Of a stretch of 64,000 nt of DNA, positions 1 to 11,916 are shown piece by piece. The translations under genes were made by a program, and so were the position numbers. Source of the stretch: Candidatus Eiseniibacteriota bacterium (GTDB taxonomy: Bacteria > Eisenbacteria > RBG-16-71-46 > SZUA-252). The number at the start of each line of letters is the position of its first letter. The stretch's first letter is position 1. The notes beneath the pieces were generated by a model. The model ran no database searches. It was not told the DNA's origin and saw nothing but the letters and a program-made list of their open reading frames with translations. The stretch lies in NCBI GenBank assembly GCA_963703225.1, contig OY969801.1:832001-896000 (forward strand), given 5' to 3'.

Positions 1-945
1 AACGACGATGCGCCGGGGGAGGCGACGTCTACCGGGAGATCCCGACGTCGGGGCGCTGCTCGTGATGGTCTCGGTGGCGTTCCGCGGACGGCGCCGGCCA
101 CGCCCGTGAGCGTGGCGGTCCCCGGCGCCGCGGACGCGGCCAGGCGCCTTCAAGTCCGCCGCCAAGTCGTCCGCGTGCTGATACCGGAGCGCCGGATCCT
201 TCTTCATGCACTTGAGGACGATCCGCTCCAGCTCGAGCGGGATTCCGCTTCGAAGCGCCGAGGGCGCCTCCGGCTCATGATGCTGGACCGCGTAGAGCGA
301 AGCCTCCGGGCGGTCGCCGGCGAAGGCTCGCGTACCCCGGTCAGCGCCTCGTAGAGCACCGCACCCAGCGAGAAGAGGTCGCTCCTCCCATCCAGCGGCG
401 TCCCGCGCGCCTGCTCCGGGCTCATGTACGCCACCGTGCCCGGCGTGAATCCCTCGGCGGTGAGGTGGGTCGCGCCTTCGAGGTGCGCGATTCCAAAGTC
501 GGTCAGCTTGGCGTCGCCCTCGGGGGTGACCAGGATGTTGGCCGGCTTGACGTCCCGGTGGACGACTCCCTTCGCGTGCGCGTGGGCGAGGGCCCCCGCG
601 ATCGAGATTCCGGTCGCGATGACTTCAGGGATGGGAAGAGGGCGATGGGCGATCCTCGCGGCGAGGGTCTCCCCCTCGACGTACTCCATGACGAGGCAGG
701 AGCGCACGCCGTCGCTCTCGAGCGCGTGGACCGCGGCGATGTTCGGGTGGGAGAGCGACGCGAGCGATCGTGGCTTCCCGGCGCAGGCGCTCCTGTGCCT
801 CGGGGTCGCCGGCGGCGGCCTGGGGCAGGAACTTGAGCGCGACGCGCCGGCCCAGGCGCTCGTCTTCCGCGAGGAAGACCTCGCCCATGCCGCCCTGGCC
901 CAAGGGCCCCAGAATCCGGTAGTGGAGGAAGCGCTCCGCCCCCAT
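1..945 (-). CDS. Eukaryotic-type Ser/Thr protein kinase, N-terminal part (runs off window; frameshifted)
   Basis: ORF 625..945 gives [12 protein letters not shown]...VALKFL; ORF 204..707 continues with [37 protein letters not shown]. Indels near 770 and 330. Confidence 0.9.
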
Positions 946-1038
946 GGGGAGACCTTACCGGCGCGGCCCGGGGAAGTCGAGGGAGTAGGGCCAGAGTGGG
1001 CCGGCCCCTATCGCCGGCCAAAATTGAGCCGATTCGTT

Positions 1039-1068
1039 TTGACAGCGATGGGGCCGCGTGGTAACAAT
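1039..1068 (+). promoter_or_regulatory. Putative sigma70-type promoter of the polysaccharide cluster
   Basis: TTGACA at 1039-1044, 17 nt spacer, then TAACAAT at 1062-1068 preceded by TG, in the divergent intergenic region. Confidence 0.45.
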
Positions 1069-1121
1069 CGGCTGGCTTTCCGGAGCCGCCCCGAAAAGGC
1101 TCCGCGAGACGCCTGCCCCGA

Positions 1122-3630
1122 TTGACGAACACCACGGACGGAGTCTACCACGAAGCAGCGCGTCACAATCGCCACGCATCCCGCCCGCTTCGGGCGCCTC
1201 ACCGGCACTTTCGCCGCTCTATTCTTCGTCTTTGTCCTGCTCTCTCTTCTCCGCGCCACCCGCCGCCGCCCAAACCGCCGATGATTTGAAGCGGCAGGCC
1301 GAGCAGATGGGCGTGAAGTCGGAGGCGGAGGCGATCCGCAAGGCCAAGGAAGCCGGGCTCACGCGCGACCAGATCCGCCAGGCGCTTCGAGAGGCCGGAT
1401 ACAGCGACGCGAAGGCGGAGGAAATCATCGGCGGGGGCGCCGCGAGCTCCGCGACCGGGAGCGCCGGGTCCTCGTTCACCGCGCCCTCGATTCTCGATTC
1501 AGCCGCGGTGGCTCCGGCAATGGTTCCGCCTCCGCGGGGCGACGCTCAAGCCCGAGGATTATCCCGAGTTCACCAAGGAGATCGCGCGGCGCGTTCCCGG
1601 CGCGCCCGCCATCCTTCCCTTCGGATACGAGATCTTCGGCTACGTCGCGTCGACGTTCGAGCCTCTGGCGGCGGGTCCGGTCGATCCCGACTATCCGATC
1701 GGCCCCGGCGACGAGGTCATCATCTCCGTCTGGGGCGACAACGAGTTCACGCACGCCGCCATCGTGACCCGCGAGGCCACGATCAGCGTGCCCGACATCG
1801 GCCAGGTCGTGCTGAACGGCCTCACGCTCTCCCAGGCCAAGCGCCTGATCACGGACCGGCTCGGCATGGTCTACTCGGGAATTCGGGCGCGCCGGCCCAC
1901 GACGTTCGTCGACGTGACGCTGGGCAAGCTCCGCACCATCCAGGTCTTCATCCTGGGCGACGTGGTCCGCCCCGGCGGCTACACGATCTCCTCGGTGAGC
2001 ACCGTGCTGAACGCGCTCTATAACGCCGGCGGTCCCACCTCCCGCGGCTCGATGCGCGACATCCGGATCATCCGGCACAACCAGATCTGGAAGGACGTCG
2101 ACCTCTACGGATACATCCTCACCGGCAACAAGGCCGAGGACGTGCGGCTCCAGAGCGGCGACGTGGTCTTCGTGCCGCCGGCGGGGAAGGTGGCCGCGGT
2201 CCTGGGCCAGATCCACCGGAGCGCCATCTACGAGCTGGCGCCGGGCGAAGGATTCCGGGATCTCTTGAGGCTTGCCGGCGGGATTCAGTCGACCGCCGTG
2301 GAGACTCGCGCGCTCGTGGACCGGGTGGTCCCGTTCGGGCAGCGCGACTCGCTGAGGGGCGAGGATCGCATCGCGCTGGATCTCCCTCTCCGCGAGATCC
2401 TGGCGGACAGCACGCAGAATCCCGACCTGTTCGACCGCGACATCATCCAGATCTTCCGGGTGGGGGAGGAGCGGAAGAACACGGTCTCGATCGCGGGGAG
2501 CGTGGTGATGCATCCCGGCACCTACGAGCTGCGGCCCGGGATGAGGGTTTCGGACTTGCTGAACGACGCCGGCGGGTTGAAGCCCGACGCGTACATGGAT
2601 CGCGCGACGCTGGTGCGGACCTCCGAGGACCGGCGGCGCAGCACGAAGCCCTTCAACGTGAGGCTCGCGCTGGAGCACGAGCCCACGAACGACCTGGAGC
2701 TGCAGAAGCTGGACGAGATCACGCTCCGCTCGATCTGGGAGATTCAGGAGCGGCACACGGTCTCGATCGGCGGGAGCGTCCGCGAGCCCGGGACCTACGA
2801 ATACCTCGACGGCATGACCGTGATGGATCTGATCTTCCGGGCCGGCGGGCTGAAGGAGTCGGCGTACAAGCAGGAGGCGGAAGTCTCCCGCGTGGACTCG
2901 ACCACGATCGTGACCAAGCAGGCCGCGGAGGTCTTCCGGGTTCCGATCTCGGCGAACTACGCCGTCCACTCCGCCGACACCACGTTCGCGCTCCAGCAGT
3001 GGGACCAGGTATACGTCCGGGAGATTCCCGACTGGCAGATGCAGCGCAACGTGAAGGTCACGGGCGAGGTGATCTATCCCGGCACCTATTCGATTGAAGG
3101 ACAAGGATGAACGGCTGTCGTCGGTGCTGGCCCGGTCGGGCGGGTTGAAGCCGACGGCCTATCCGAAAGCGGCGGTGTTCGTGCGAAACAAGGGTGGCGC
3201 GGGGCGGCTGGCGCTGGACGTGAAGGACGTGGCCAAGCACAAGGACAGCCGGTACGACATCGCTTTAGAGGATGGCGACAGCCTCAACATTCCCAAGGAG
3301 CCGAAGACGGTCAAGGTCGCCGGCGCGGTCGGATTCCCATCGAGCGTGCTCTACGAGCGGGGGAAGTCGCTGGGCTATTACATCGACCAAGCCGGTGGAT
3401 ACACCGACGAGTCGGACAAAGGCCGGGTGAAGATCGTCCAGCCGGACGGGAAGGTGAAGCCGGTCAAGAAAATGTGGTGGGACCCGGAGCCGCAGCCCGG
3501 CGCATTGGTCGTTGTGCCGCCGAAACCGCCCGTGGAGAAGAAGGAGACACTCAAGGACGTCGCAACCATCATGACCATCATTACGGGGGCCGTGACGACG
3601 ATCTTTATCGCCCATGAGGCGACGAAGTGA
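1122..3630 (+). CDS. Polysaccharide export protein (OPX/Wza-KpsD type, multiple SLBB domains); frameshifted, start uncertain
   Basis: Poly_export motif FGYEIF...DPDYPIGPGDEVIISVWG (from ~1611, same frame as ORF 1764..3110); repeated GxVxxPGxY / L..AGG SLBB motifs; C-terminal helix LKDVATIMTIITGAVTTIFIA in ORF 3094..3630; hydrophobic signal-like stretch near 1190-1250. Indels near 1250, 1540 and 3095. Confidence 0.88.
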
Positions 3631-4568
3631 CGGGACGCCGTCCCGGGCGCCCTTGGTGGGACATCGCCGCAAACCTGAGCCGACTCCCGCAGCTTGCCAT
3701 TGTTGGGATCGCGGGCGCGGTGCTCGCGTATGCCGCATCGAAGTTGGTACCTGCTGACTACGAATGCCAGTCGGCCCTCCTGCTGGACTCAGGCACGACG
3801 CTCTCTGGCCTCGGGAACGTCGCAAGTCTCGTAAACATGGTTCAACCGACTCTGCTCGGCGTGTCCGGTGAGGGCCAGCGCGCCTACAGCTATATCGCCG
3901 TTGCGCAAAGCCGGACCATTCTGGAGCGGATTCTCCAGAGCTCCACCCCTGAGGGCAATGGTGCCAGGCTCTTCTTCGAAGATTTCGCTCCCACCTCGGG
4001 CAGCCCGGCACGAAGAATGGAGACGGCAGTCTCCCGTCTCCGGGGCCACGTCCGCGGGAACTATTCCTCTAAGACATTCATTCTCACGATCACGGTCGGC
4101 GATAGGCACCCCGGGCACTCCAAGGCCATCACTGAAAATCTCATTCGCTACCTTCGGGAATTCAACTCAGCGACCCGAGTGTCTCGTGCGCGAGAGGCAC
4201 GGGAGTTCATCGCACAAAGGACCCTCGATGCAGGTGATTCATTGGCCGAGGCGGAGAGCCGCCTCGTCGAATTTAGGCGGGAAAATGTTCGAATTGGCGG
4301 GTCCCCTACGTTGCAATTGACCGAGACAAGGCTAACGAGGCGCGTTCGCATTTGCGAGGATGCATACTCACTCCTGTCCCAACAACTCGAAATCGCCAGA
4401 ATTGAAGAGAAACGAGAGGCGCCCACCTTCTCAGTCGTCGACAGTCCTCAGGAATCCAGTCGGCCCAGGCGAGTGCCGGGCCCGCTGGCTCTAGTGCTGG
4501 GCGGCGTCTGCTCCGTTGGCATACTATTGTTGGCCTCGGCAGTTAGGCAGGCGTTGCGTGGCGATTAG
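3627..4568 (+). CDS. Wzz-like chain-length determinant (PCP family, GNVR-type C-terminus, no kinase domain)
   Basis: Two terminal TM segments flanking a coiled-coil region; YSLLSQQLEIARIEE...FSVVDSPQESSRP motif; GTGA overlap with the exporter stop. Confidence 0.8.
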   Translation: MTGRRPGRPWWDIAANLSRLPQLAIVGIAGAVLAYAASKLVPADYECQSALLLDSGTTLSGLGNVASLVNMVQPTLLGVSGEGQRAYSYIAVAQSRTILERILQSSTPEGNGARLFFEDFAPTSGSPARRMETAVSRLRGHVRGNYSSKTFILTITVGDRHPGHSKAITENLIRYLREFNSATRVSRAREAREFIAQRTLDAGDSLAEAESRLVEFRRENVRIGGSPTLQLTETRLTRRVRICEDAYSLLSQQLEIARIEEKREAPTFSVVDSPQESSRPRRVPGPLALVLGGVCSVGILLLASAVRQALRGD

Positions 4569-6012
4569 TTCCAAGCCCCTACGCGGAGCGTGGCTTGGGA
4601 ACGCCGGGAATGGGGCCTGGATCCTAGCTGCCGCTCTGGCGGGAGGGGCGGCAGGCTCCAGTGTCGTGGGATTGGTGTTTGTTGGGACGGCAGCATTGGC
4701 GATCGCTGCCGTGTTCTTTCCTCTGCAGGCTGCGATTTGCTCCATCTGCATCCGACCGCTGATTGATGTCTTCTGGTACGCGGAGGTTCTTGCCTCTGGC
4801 GGAATCGCGATCAATGCCCAATCAATCCTGGGCGCCATAATTCCCCCTGCGATCCTCTTGGGTTTGCTCCGTGACGGATGGAAACCGAAACCCTCGCCTG
4901 TGATCTTGCTAGCTGGCCTCTACGGCGTGGTGTGTTTGTGGGACGTTTGGGTTGCGCCGAGCCGGGGAGTGGCGCTGGGCGACTTCGGTAGGTTGGCCCT
5001 TCCTCTCGTTTTCGTCGCTCTTGGGGAGCATCTGGCCACGACGGGACTTCGGCCGATGCGCCTTGCAGCGATCCTAGCCCTCTACAGTGTCGTGGCCGTT
5101 GCTACCGGGGTAATGCAGATTGCTGGGTTCATCTCACCAAGGGAAGGCGCGGTCACATCATCCGGTGAGTTGACCAGACTTACAGGCCTCTACCACCACC
5201 CCCTGGACCTAGCCTGGCGCTCAGCGATCAGTCTGCCGTTCGCCCTGATGCTGGCGCGGTCGTTAGAGGGACGGCTGCAAAGAGTCACCATGTATGGTTG
5301 GGCGGCTGTGTGCACAATCATCGCATTCGCTTCGCTCGCCCGGGTGGCGTTCGTTGCAACCACAGTGCAGGTCGCCATGTGGCTGTGGAAGCAAGGACGA
5401 CGGAGATCGGTTGTAGTTGCTGTCCTTCTGACGGCCATGGCCGCGAGCCTGTTCTCCCCTGTAAGGATTGCTGTGGAGCAAGCGATCCGTCCTGTTGTCG
5501 AGGGCAAGTACTACGAATTGGGCACGGGCCGAGGTCTTTTGTTTGTTGCCCAGGCCCGGGCATTTCTGGCCGGTACTCCCATACAGAAGGTGCTAGGTCA
5601 TGGGCTTCACACCAGCCCTGGATTGACCGTTGAATACAACCCAATACCATTCGTTGACCTCGGAGGACCCGAGTCGATTGAAGGGCAGCTCAGCGCCCAC
5701 AATCAGTTCCTGAGGCCCCTCGTGGAGTCGGGAATCGTAGGGGCAGTGTCGCTCCTCCTGATCTTTGTTGGAGGTTTTGCTGCTTCCCAACGTCTCACGA
5801 CGGTGACGCTGGATCCTCACTTGAGAGAACTGGGTGTGGCAGTTGGAGTCCTCTTTACTGGTTTTGCTGTCTACTCGCTGAGCTCGCAGCCTCTTGATCG
5901 CCCTCCGATCACATGGCCGCTTTGGGCCGTCCTCGGCTACGTAACGCAGGTCGTCAGCAAGGCGGCTGCCATGGGCCCCTCGACGCCCAATCCGGACGGA
6001 GGGAACCCGTGA
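4558..6012 (+). CDS. O-antigen ligase/polymerase (Wzy_C) family membrane protein
   Basis: About 11-12 hydrophobic segments; RLTGLYHHP, SLAR, GTGR, LGHG and AHNQFLRPLVESGIVG motifs. Confidence 0.82.
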   Translation: MAISSKPLRGAWLGNAGNGAWILAAALAGGAAGSSVVGLVFVGTAALAIAAVFFPLQAAICSICIRPLIDVFWYAEVLASGGIAINAQSILGAIIPPAILLGLLRDGWKPKPSPVILLAGLYGVVCLWDVWVAPSRGVALGDFGRLALPLVFVALGEHLATTGLRPMRLAAILALYSVVAVATGVMQIAGFISPREGAVTSSGELTRLTGLYHHPLDLAWRSAISLPFALMLARSLEGRLQRVTMYGWAAVCTIIAFASLARVAFVATTVQVAMWLWKQGRRRSVVVAVLLTAMAASLFSPVRIAVEQAIRPVVEGKYYELGTGRGLLFVAQARAFLAGTPIQKVLGHGLHTSPGLTVEYNPIPFVDLGGPESIEGQLSAHNQFLRPLVESGIVGAVSLLLIFVGGFAASQRLTTVTLDPHLRELGVAVGVLFTGFAVYSLSSQPLDRPPITWPLWAVLGYVTQVVSKAAAMGPSTPNPDGGNP

Positions 6013-6014
6013 CC

Positions 6015-7508
6015 ATGCCGGTGGCAGAGGCTAGGCGCGGTGAACTCCGGTTGGAGCAACCGCTGAGGACGGGCCGCTTTAGGATTCCGGCTGTCCTGCA
6101 AACCTACCTCGTGCTCCTTGCCGGGCACATCGTTTCGAAGGGCCTAGTATTTGTAAGTACGGCCATGGCGACTCGAGCCATTGGACCCGCACAGGCGGGA
6201 ATTCTCGGTGCTTGCACAACGATTGTCGCGTACCTGTGGGTGTTGGCCAACTGCGGCATGGATGTCATCGGAACGAGGCAAATCGCGGGTCGACGGGAAC
6301 GTGTACGCGATACAGCCCTCGAGATCGTCCCGTTCCGCCTCTCGGTAGCGACCGGGGCAACGATCCTGTCCATCATTGCCGGGTTTACCGGCCTGGTTCC
6401 AATTGGGCTGATCTTGCCGCTTGGTGTTGCAGTCATAGCGTACTCCTTTCGAGTCGACTGGATATTGCTGTCGATGGGTATGGACCGCGCGATTTCCTTC
6501 GCTGCAGTTGCGCGCGAAGCGACCTACCTGCTGCTAGTCGCGATCTTCGTGGTGACGTCGCGAGCATTGACTTCGGCGCTCTGGGCATTCGCCCTCGCAG
6601 AAGTGGTCTGGTCAATCCTAACGCTCCTGACCGCGGGGACCTGGCTCCGCCGCTCCGGGTCACAGCGTGACCCGAGGACATGGTCAGGGAGGAGCGGACT
6701 GATGTGGGCCGGCGTGCCTGTCGCCCTCATGAGCCTGATGGCGCTCAGCTACAACAAGATCGACTCCTTGATGCTCGTATGGATGCGCAGTAGCCACGAG
6801 GCGGGGATCTACCTGGCCGCCTATTCGGTGGTCTTCGGCGCCAGTGGACTCGCTGGCGTGTTTTCGAGGTCGGCGTTCGCGCACATGGTGCGTGCGGGGG
6901 GGGAATCCCCCACCGCTGCGTTACCAGGGGGCGTCCGCGTGAGCATCTACACCGCCTGCTGTGGGGCTGCCGTTGCGACTCTCATCTATGCATGGGCCGG
7001 CCACATCATGAGTGGTGTCTACGGCCCGGAATTTGCCGCCGGTGCCGGCCCTCTACGCACTCTGATTTGGTGCGTCTGGGCTGCTTACGCGTACGGTGTT
7101 TTGCAGCAGGGGGCGATCGTCGCTGGCAGGCAAGGGGCGGTCGCCATTGCGACCGTTGCGGCAGTTGCCCTGAATATCGGACTCAATACTTGGCTGATTC
7201 CTAGAGAGGGAATGCAGGGGGCGGCGGTTGCAAGCGTCGTGGCAGAGTGTGCCGTTCTTGTAGGTGTCCTTCTTACGTACAGGCGCCAACGTGGTTTCGC
7301 GGTTCTTGCTGCGGCCTTGTTGTCAACGGCCCTGGCAGCTTGGCTCGCGATGGCGATCATGGGCACGGAGATTCACAAGGTGTCCGCCGGCTCTATCGTC
7401 CTTGCTGCGGCCACATTCATTACCGTCGCGTTAGGTGTAACTCTTCCGCTCACCCAGCTTGTCGGTGGAGGAAATGCTCGTGCAAGGCACGTCGGCCATA
7501 CAACCTAG
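6015..7508 (+). CDS. Oligosaccharide flippase (Wzx family)
   Basis: Polytopic MOP-type protein; YNKIDSLML, AGIYLAAY, LNIGLNTWLIPREGMQGAAVASVVAE motifs. Confidence 0.87.
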   Translation: MPVAEARRGELRLEQPLRTGRFRIPAVLQTYLVLLAGHIVSKGLVFVSTAMATRAIGPAQAGILGACTTIVAYLWVLANCGMDVIGTRQIAGRRERVRDTALEIVPFRLSVATGATILSIIAGFTGLVPIGLILPLGVAVIAYSFRVDWILLSMGMDRAISFAAVAREATYLLLVAIFVVTSRALTSALWAFALAEVVWSILTLLTAGTWLRRSGSQRDPRTWSGRSGLMWAGVPVALMSLMALSYNKIDSLMLVWMRSSHEAGIYLAAYSVVFGASGLAGVFSRSAFAHMVRAGGESPTAALPGGVRVSIYTACCGAAVATLIYAWAGHIMSGVYGPEFAAGAGPLRTLIWCVWAAYAYGVLQQGAIVAGRQGAVAIATVAAVALNIGLNTWLIPREGMQGAAVASVVAECAVLVGVLLTYRRQRGFAVLAAALLSTALAAWLAMAIMGTEIHKVSAGSIVLAAATFITVALGVTLPLTQLVGGGNARARHVGHTT

Positions 7509-8692
7509 AAACGAGCAGGTGCGGACTGCGGCACCAGCAGTCGGTCCGGCCCGTTTCGCACGCCTACCGCGATTGCTTGTGATTGCACAGTTACCGCCGC
7601 CAACGCATGGCGTAAGCGCCATGAACGAACTTCTGATTGGTTCCCGCGCGCTCCGCAGCAGGTTTCAACTGGATGTTCTACCGTTGAAGTTTACCCGCTC
7701 CATCAAGGACGTGGGATATGCGAGCGCACGTAAGCTTGCCCAACTGCCGGCCGTATGGGCCCGACTAATCGCCAAGTGCATCGTGCGCACCCCGAACGCG
7801 ATCTACTTCACACTGGCGCCGACTGGAATCGCATTCTTTCGCGATCTCACCATCGTCGCTATCGGCTAAGACACTCCGGATACCCATGGTCTTGCACCTG
7901 CATGGCCGAGGCATCGATGAATACCGGGACGACGCTGTTAGAAGGTGGTTCTACAAATGGACCTTCGCTGGTACCTGGGTCATTCTCCTGTCTACTCGGC
8001 TCTACGGGGAAATCGCGCCTTACGTCAAGCGTGAGCGGTGTTGGGTCGTCCCGAACGGAGTGCCACCAAGCGATGAATTGGACGGGGAATCGGCACCCGT
8101 ATCCCGGACGGGAATAGTACGCATTGTGTTTCTGTCCAACATGATTCCGGAAAAGGGACCACTTGAAGTTGTTGGAGCAGTCGAGCGGCTGCATCGGGAG
8201 GGAATCCGTGTGACCGCCAGCTTGGTGGGGGAGGAACAATCGACCGCGTTTCAGAGAGTGCTCTTGAGCCGCATTAGTGCTGCGGGCCTTGGCGACATCG
8301 TGGAGTATAGCGGCCCAATGCATGGCCGGGCTAAGTGGCAATGCCTTCTTCGGAGTGACATTTTCGTGTTTCCATCGTCGTACAAGTATGAGGCGTTCCC
8401 GCTGGTCATCCTAGAAGCCATGGCGGCGAGCCTGCCAGTAGTGGCTACTGATATCGGCGCCGTTGGCGACATGGTTGTCGACGGCGAAACTGGGTTTCTC
8501 GTGCCGCAGGGTGATTCGGAGGCTCTTGCAGACAAGCTCCGGATGCTTTGCAACGATTCAGACCTAAGACACCGGATGGGTGCGGCGGGGAAGGAACGGT
8601 TCCAGGCGAAGTTCTCGTTTGAGCGATTCGAGACCTCGATGGCCAAGGTGCTCCAGGCGGCCATGGGCACACGGGGGCGCGTGGATGCATAG
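7474..8692 (+). CDS. GT4 glycosyltransferase (one frameshift near 7868)
   Basis: ORF 7459..7869 (QLPPPTHGVS) joins 7886..8692 (VLHLHG, FLSNMIPEKG, EAFPLVILEAMAASLPVVATDIG); GGAGG upstream of ATG 7474. Confidence 0.88.
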
Positions 8693-9932
8693 TAATCGTC
8701 AGTCAGGGGCCGTTGTCACGGGGATGCCAGCCTCTGTCGTGGCAAGCCAAAGCGCCGTCCGGCCTGATCCGCCGAAAATCCGCGTCGCTGTATTTCAGCG
8801 GATGGTGCCTGAGTATCGAGTACCCGTTCTAGATAGGCTCGGCGCAGTAGACGACCTAGAACTGACAATCTATTCGACGCGGTTCGCGGGCCCATTCGCC
8901 CACGCGACTGCAGTTAGCGTCGGTGAGCTTCGCGTGGGGCGCGTCCGGCTCCACCCTCGCGTTCTCTCGCAGGAGGTTCGCCAGGGGTACGACGTCCTGG
9001 TCTGTGAGGGGGGTCTTTCACTGGTGACGTCCGTCGCCCTGGCGCTCGGCCGCGCGCGAGTTCCTGTGGTCTGGTGGACCTCACTTTGGAACCGAAGGGG
9101 AGGCGTCCAGGTCGGGAGCGGCCTCCGAGGAATGCTGACGGCAGCGGTACTCAGGCGCTGTGCCGCAGTTGCGACGTACTCAAACACCGCTAAGCGGGCT
9201 GCGATTGGGGCCATGGGCCGGTCTGACAGGGTCTTTGTCGCGGCCAATTCACTGGACACAGTCCTCCTTGGTTCCGCGGAGCGCGAATGGCGGGAGGACG
9301 GCCGGCACCTTCGCAGCTTCGCCGCCGCGAATCGCCTGACGGGCGCGCGGATCGCGCTTTTCTCTGGCCGGATGACGAGAGATAAGCGGATTCCTGACCT
9401 GATTGAAGCTTTCGACCAGCTTGCAAGGCACTATCGCGAGGAACCGCTTCGACTAGTCCTCCTTGGCGATGGACCCGAGCGGAAACGGATTGAGCGGGAG
9501 ATTCAATACCGCGGGCTCGGGTCTCGGATCCTGCTGTGCGGCGATGTAAGGGACTACAGGGTCTCTTGCCCCTATTTTCTGCTCGCCCGGGCGGTGGTCC
9601 TTCCCGGAACGGGAGGCTTAGCACTGAATCAAGCGATGACGCATGGCGCTCCCGTGATTGCTGCGAGAGGGGACGGAACCGAGCTCGACCTGATTCAAGA
9701 AGGAATCAATGGATTCCACGTTGCAACCGGTGACGTTGGAACCCTAAGGAATCGAATGGAGCAATTGCTCCTCGCGACCCCCGATGAATGGCGCCTAATG
9801 TCTGAGGCCGCACGGTCGGCCATTCGAAGCCGTGCGAACGTGGACGCAATGATATCTGGTCTTGTAGCGGCCATTCGACATGCGGCCGATTCTCGACCTG
9901 GGTTCAAGATCCAGCAGGCAGTGCGAGACTAG
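8685..9932 (+). CDS. GT4-family glycosyltransferase
   Basis: PEYRVP N-terminus, LFSGRMTRDKRI, LLGDGPER, VLPGTGGLALNQAMTHGAPVI motifs. Confidence 0.85.
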   Translation: MHSNRQSGAVVTGMPASVVASQSAVRPDPPKIRVAVFQRMVPEYRVPVLDRLGAVDDLELTIYSTRFAGPFAHATAVSVGELRVGRVRLHPRVLSQEVRQGYDVLVCEGGLSLVTSVALALGRARVPVVWWTSLWNRRGGVQVGSGLRGMLTAAVLRRCAAVATYSNTAKRAAIGAMGRSDRVFVAANSLDTVLLGSAEREWREDGRHLRSFAAANRLTGARIALFSGRMTRDKRIPDLIEAFDQLARHYREEPLRLVLLGDGPERKRIEREIQYRGLGSRILLCGDVRDYRVSCPYFLLARAVVLPGTGGLALNQAMTHGAPVIAARGDGTELDLIQEGINGFHVATGDVGTLRNRMEQLLLATPDEWRLMSEAARSAIRSRANVDAMISGLVAAIRHAADSRPGFKIQQAVRD

Positions 9933-9933
9933 C

Positions 9934-11916
9934 ATGTGCGGAATTGCGGGATTCTGGGGGCCAGACTCGACTGAGAGAGTCCGTTGGATGACAAGTCTGA
10001 TGGTCCATCGCGGGCCCGACGATGGTGGCGTCTGGACGTCTGAGTCACGCCCGCTTGCCCTGGGAAGCAGACGGTTGAAGATAATAGACCTTACGCCCCA
10101 CGGGCATCAACCCATGGTGTCGCGCGACGGCACGCACGTGATTACATTCAACGGCGAGATCTACAACCATCCAGAACTCCGTCGGGAGCTCGAACAAGAC
10201 GGTCAGACGTTCAGGTCGCGGTCCGACACCGAAGTGCTCTTGAATGTACTGACAACCTGGGGTGTGGAAGGCATCACGCGACTGAACGGCATCTTCGCAT
10301 TCGCACTCTGGAACGAGACTTCTGGTCAGCTCACCCTGGGGAGGGACAGGCTTGGCGTGAAGCCTGTCTACTACGCGTGCGTGCAGGACTCGTTCTGCTT
10401 CGCTTCTGAGATCAAGGCTATTCTCGGATCTGGTCTGGTCGAACCACGGCTGGATCCTAAGGAACTCGAGAGCTACCTGCGCCTGTTGTGGGTTCCTGAG
10501 CCCGGGACCCTTTTTGCCGGCATTCGAAAACTTGAGCCCGGAACCATTCTTCAATGGAACGGGAGTAGCGTTAGGACGCAACGGTACTGGGATGTCCCAC
10601 TCCCAAACGACGGACCCCCGCTCTCGGAGGCGGCCGCGCTCGTCGGGGGAGTGTTGGAGCGCTCCATTCGCCGGCAACTACGCGCAGACGTCCCGGTCGG
10701 CGCCTTCCTGAGCGGTGGAATTGACTCAACAGCAATCACGGCGATTGCTGCCCGCGAGATGGGCCGGGCTGTCCGCACCTATACCATTCGTTTCGAATCC
10801 CAGGACAGGGCTCATGAAGGCGCGATCGACGACGCGCGGTATTCACGGCTCGTGGCCGACTGGGCCGAAGTGGAGCATCGAGAGATAGTGATCTCTCCGG
10901 ACGTACTCTCGCTTCTACCAAAGATGGTGTGGCACCTTGAGGATCCCGTGGCGGATCCAGCGGCCATCAATACATTCCTCATTTGTGAAGCAGCACGCGC
11001 AGAGAGCACGGTATTGTTGAGCGGGTCGGGTGGAGACGAGCTATTTGGGGGGTACCGAAAGTATCCGGCGACGATTCTCGCTGGGAGTTACCAGCGACTC
11101 CCCAAATTTCTTCGCGAGTGGGTCATTGCTCCGTTGGCCCGGCGACTGCCAGTTGTTGTTGGTAAGTCCGGTCTCCGAGACGTTCGATTGGCCAAGAAGT
11201 TTTTGCGGTACTCGGGGCATGAGTACCTCGAGAGGTTCCTGGGGTATTCAACCTATTACGATGGTGTGGAGCTATCGGAGCTCCTCGGCCGGGGCGGCTC
11301 ACGATCTGAGAATGACTACATGGGGCTGGATCGCCTCAGGGCGTCATGGGACGCGAGATCATCCGGGGATTTCGTTGATCGGATGCTATACCTAGATCTC
11401 AAGTACTACCTTCCCGGCCTTGGCCTAGCGTACATGGATAAGGCAAGCATGGCGGCTTCCGTGGAAGTACGCGTGCCACTCCTGGACGACGAGCTCGTCG
11501 AGACCGTTTCTCGCTTGCCTGGTGACAAGAAGGTGAAGGGGTCAAAGACCAAGATTGTCTTAAGGGAGGCCCTCCGAGGAAGGATTCCAAACGCGATTCT
11601 CCGGCGCCGAAAGGCGCCATTTTCAGCTCCGATCCGATCTTGGCTCAGAGGACCATTAGAGCCGGCCGTTTCGGAGCTCTTGGGCCCCTCGCAACTCCGG
11701 ACGCGGGGGCTTGTCGACCCGGAAATGGTGGAACGAATCCTTGCCGAGAATCGGCGGGGCATTGAAGACCATTCATTGAGAATATGGGCTCTGCTAACGC
11801 TTGAAATCTGGCACCAGGAGTTTTTTGATCACCGAAATCGCTACGCCATGAAGTCAGAGGCCCACTCGGTCCCGGAAGCGCTTCGCGTTGGGGGAAGAAC
11901 GGAGGTGTCCGCATGA
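9934..11916 (+). CDS. asnB: Asparagine synthase (glutamine-hydrolysing)-like amidotransferase, probably acting on a polysaccharide sugar
   Basis: MCGIAG Ntn start, HRGPDD, FNGEIYN, RDRLGVKP, FLSGGIDS, LSGSGGDELFGGY, SVEVRVPLLD. Confidence 0.93.
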   Translation: MCGIAGFWGPDSTERVRWMTSLMVHRGPDDGGVWTSESRPLALGSRRLKIIDLTPHGHQPMVSRDGTHVITFNGEIYNHPELRRELEQDGQTFRSRSDTEVLLNVLTTWGVEGITRLNGIFAFALWNETSGQLTLGRDRLGVKPVYYACVQDSFCFASEIKAILGSGLVEPRLDPKELESYLRLLWVPEPGTLFAGIRKLEPGTILQWNGSSVRTQRYWDVPLPNDGPPLSEAAALVGGVLERSIRRQLRADVPVGAFLSGGIDSTAITAIAAREMGRAVRTYTIRFESQDRAHEGAIDDARYSRLVADWAEVEHREIVISPDVLSLLPKMVWHLEDPVADPAAINTFLICEAARAESTVLLSGSGGDELFGGYRKYPATILAGSYQRLPKFLREWVIAPLARRLPVVVGKSGLRDVRLAKKFLRYSGHEYLERFLGYSTYYDGVELSELLGRGGSRSENDYMGLDRLRASWDARSSGDFVDRMLYLDLKYYLPGLGLAYMDKASMAASVEVRVPLLDDELVETVSRLPGDKKVKGSKTKIVLREALRGRIPNAILRRRKAPFSAPIRSWLRGPLEPAVSELLGPSQLRTRGLVDPEMVERILAENRRGIEDHSLRIWALLTLEIWHQEFFDHRNRYAMKSEAHSVPEALRVGGRTEVSA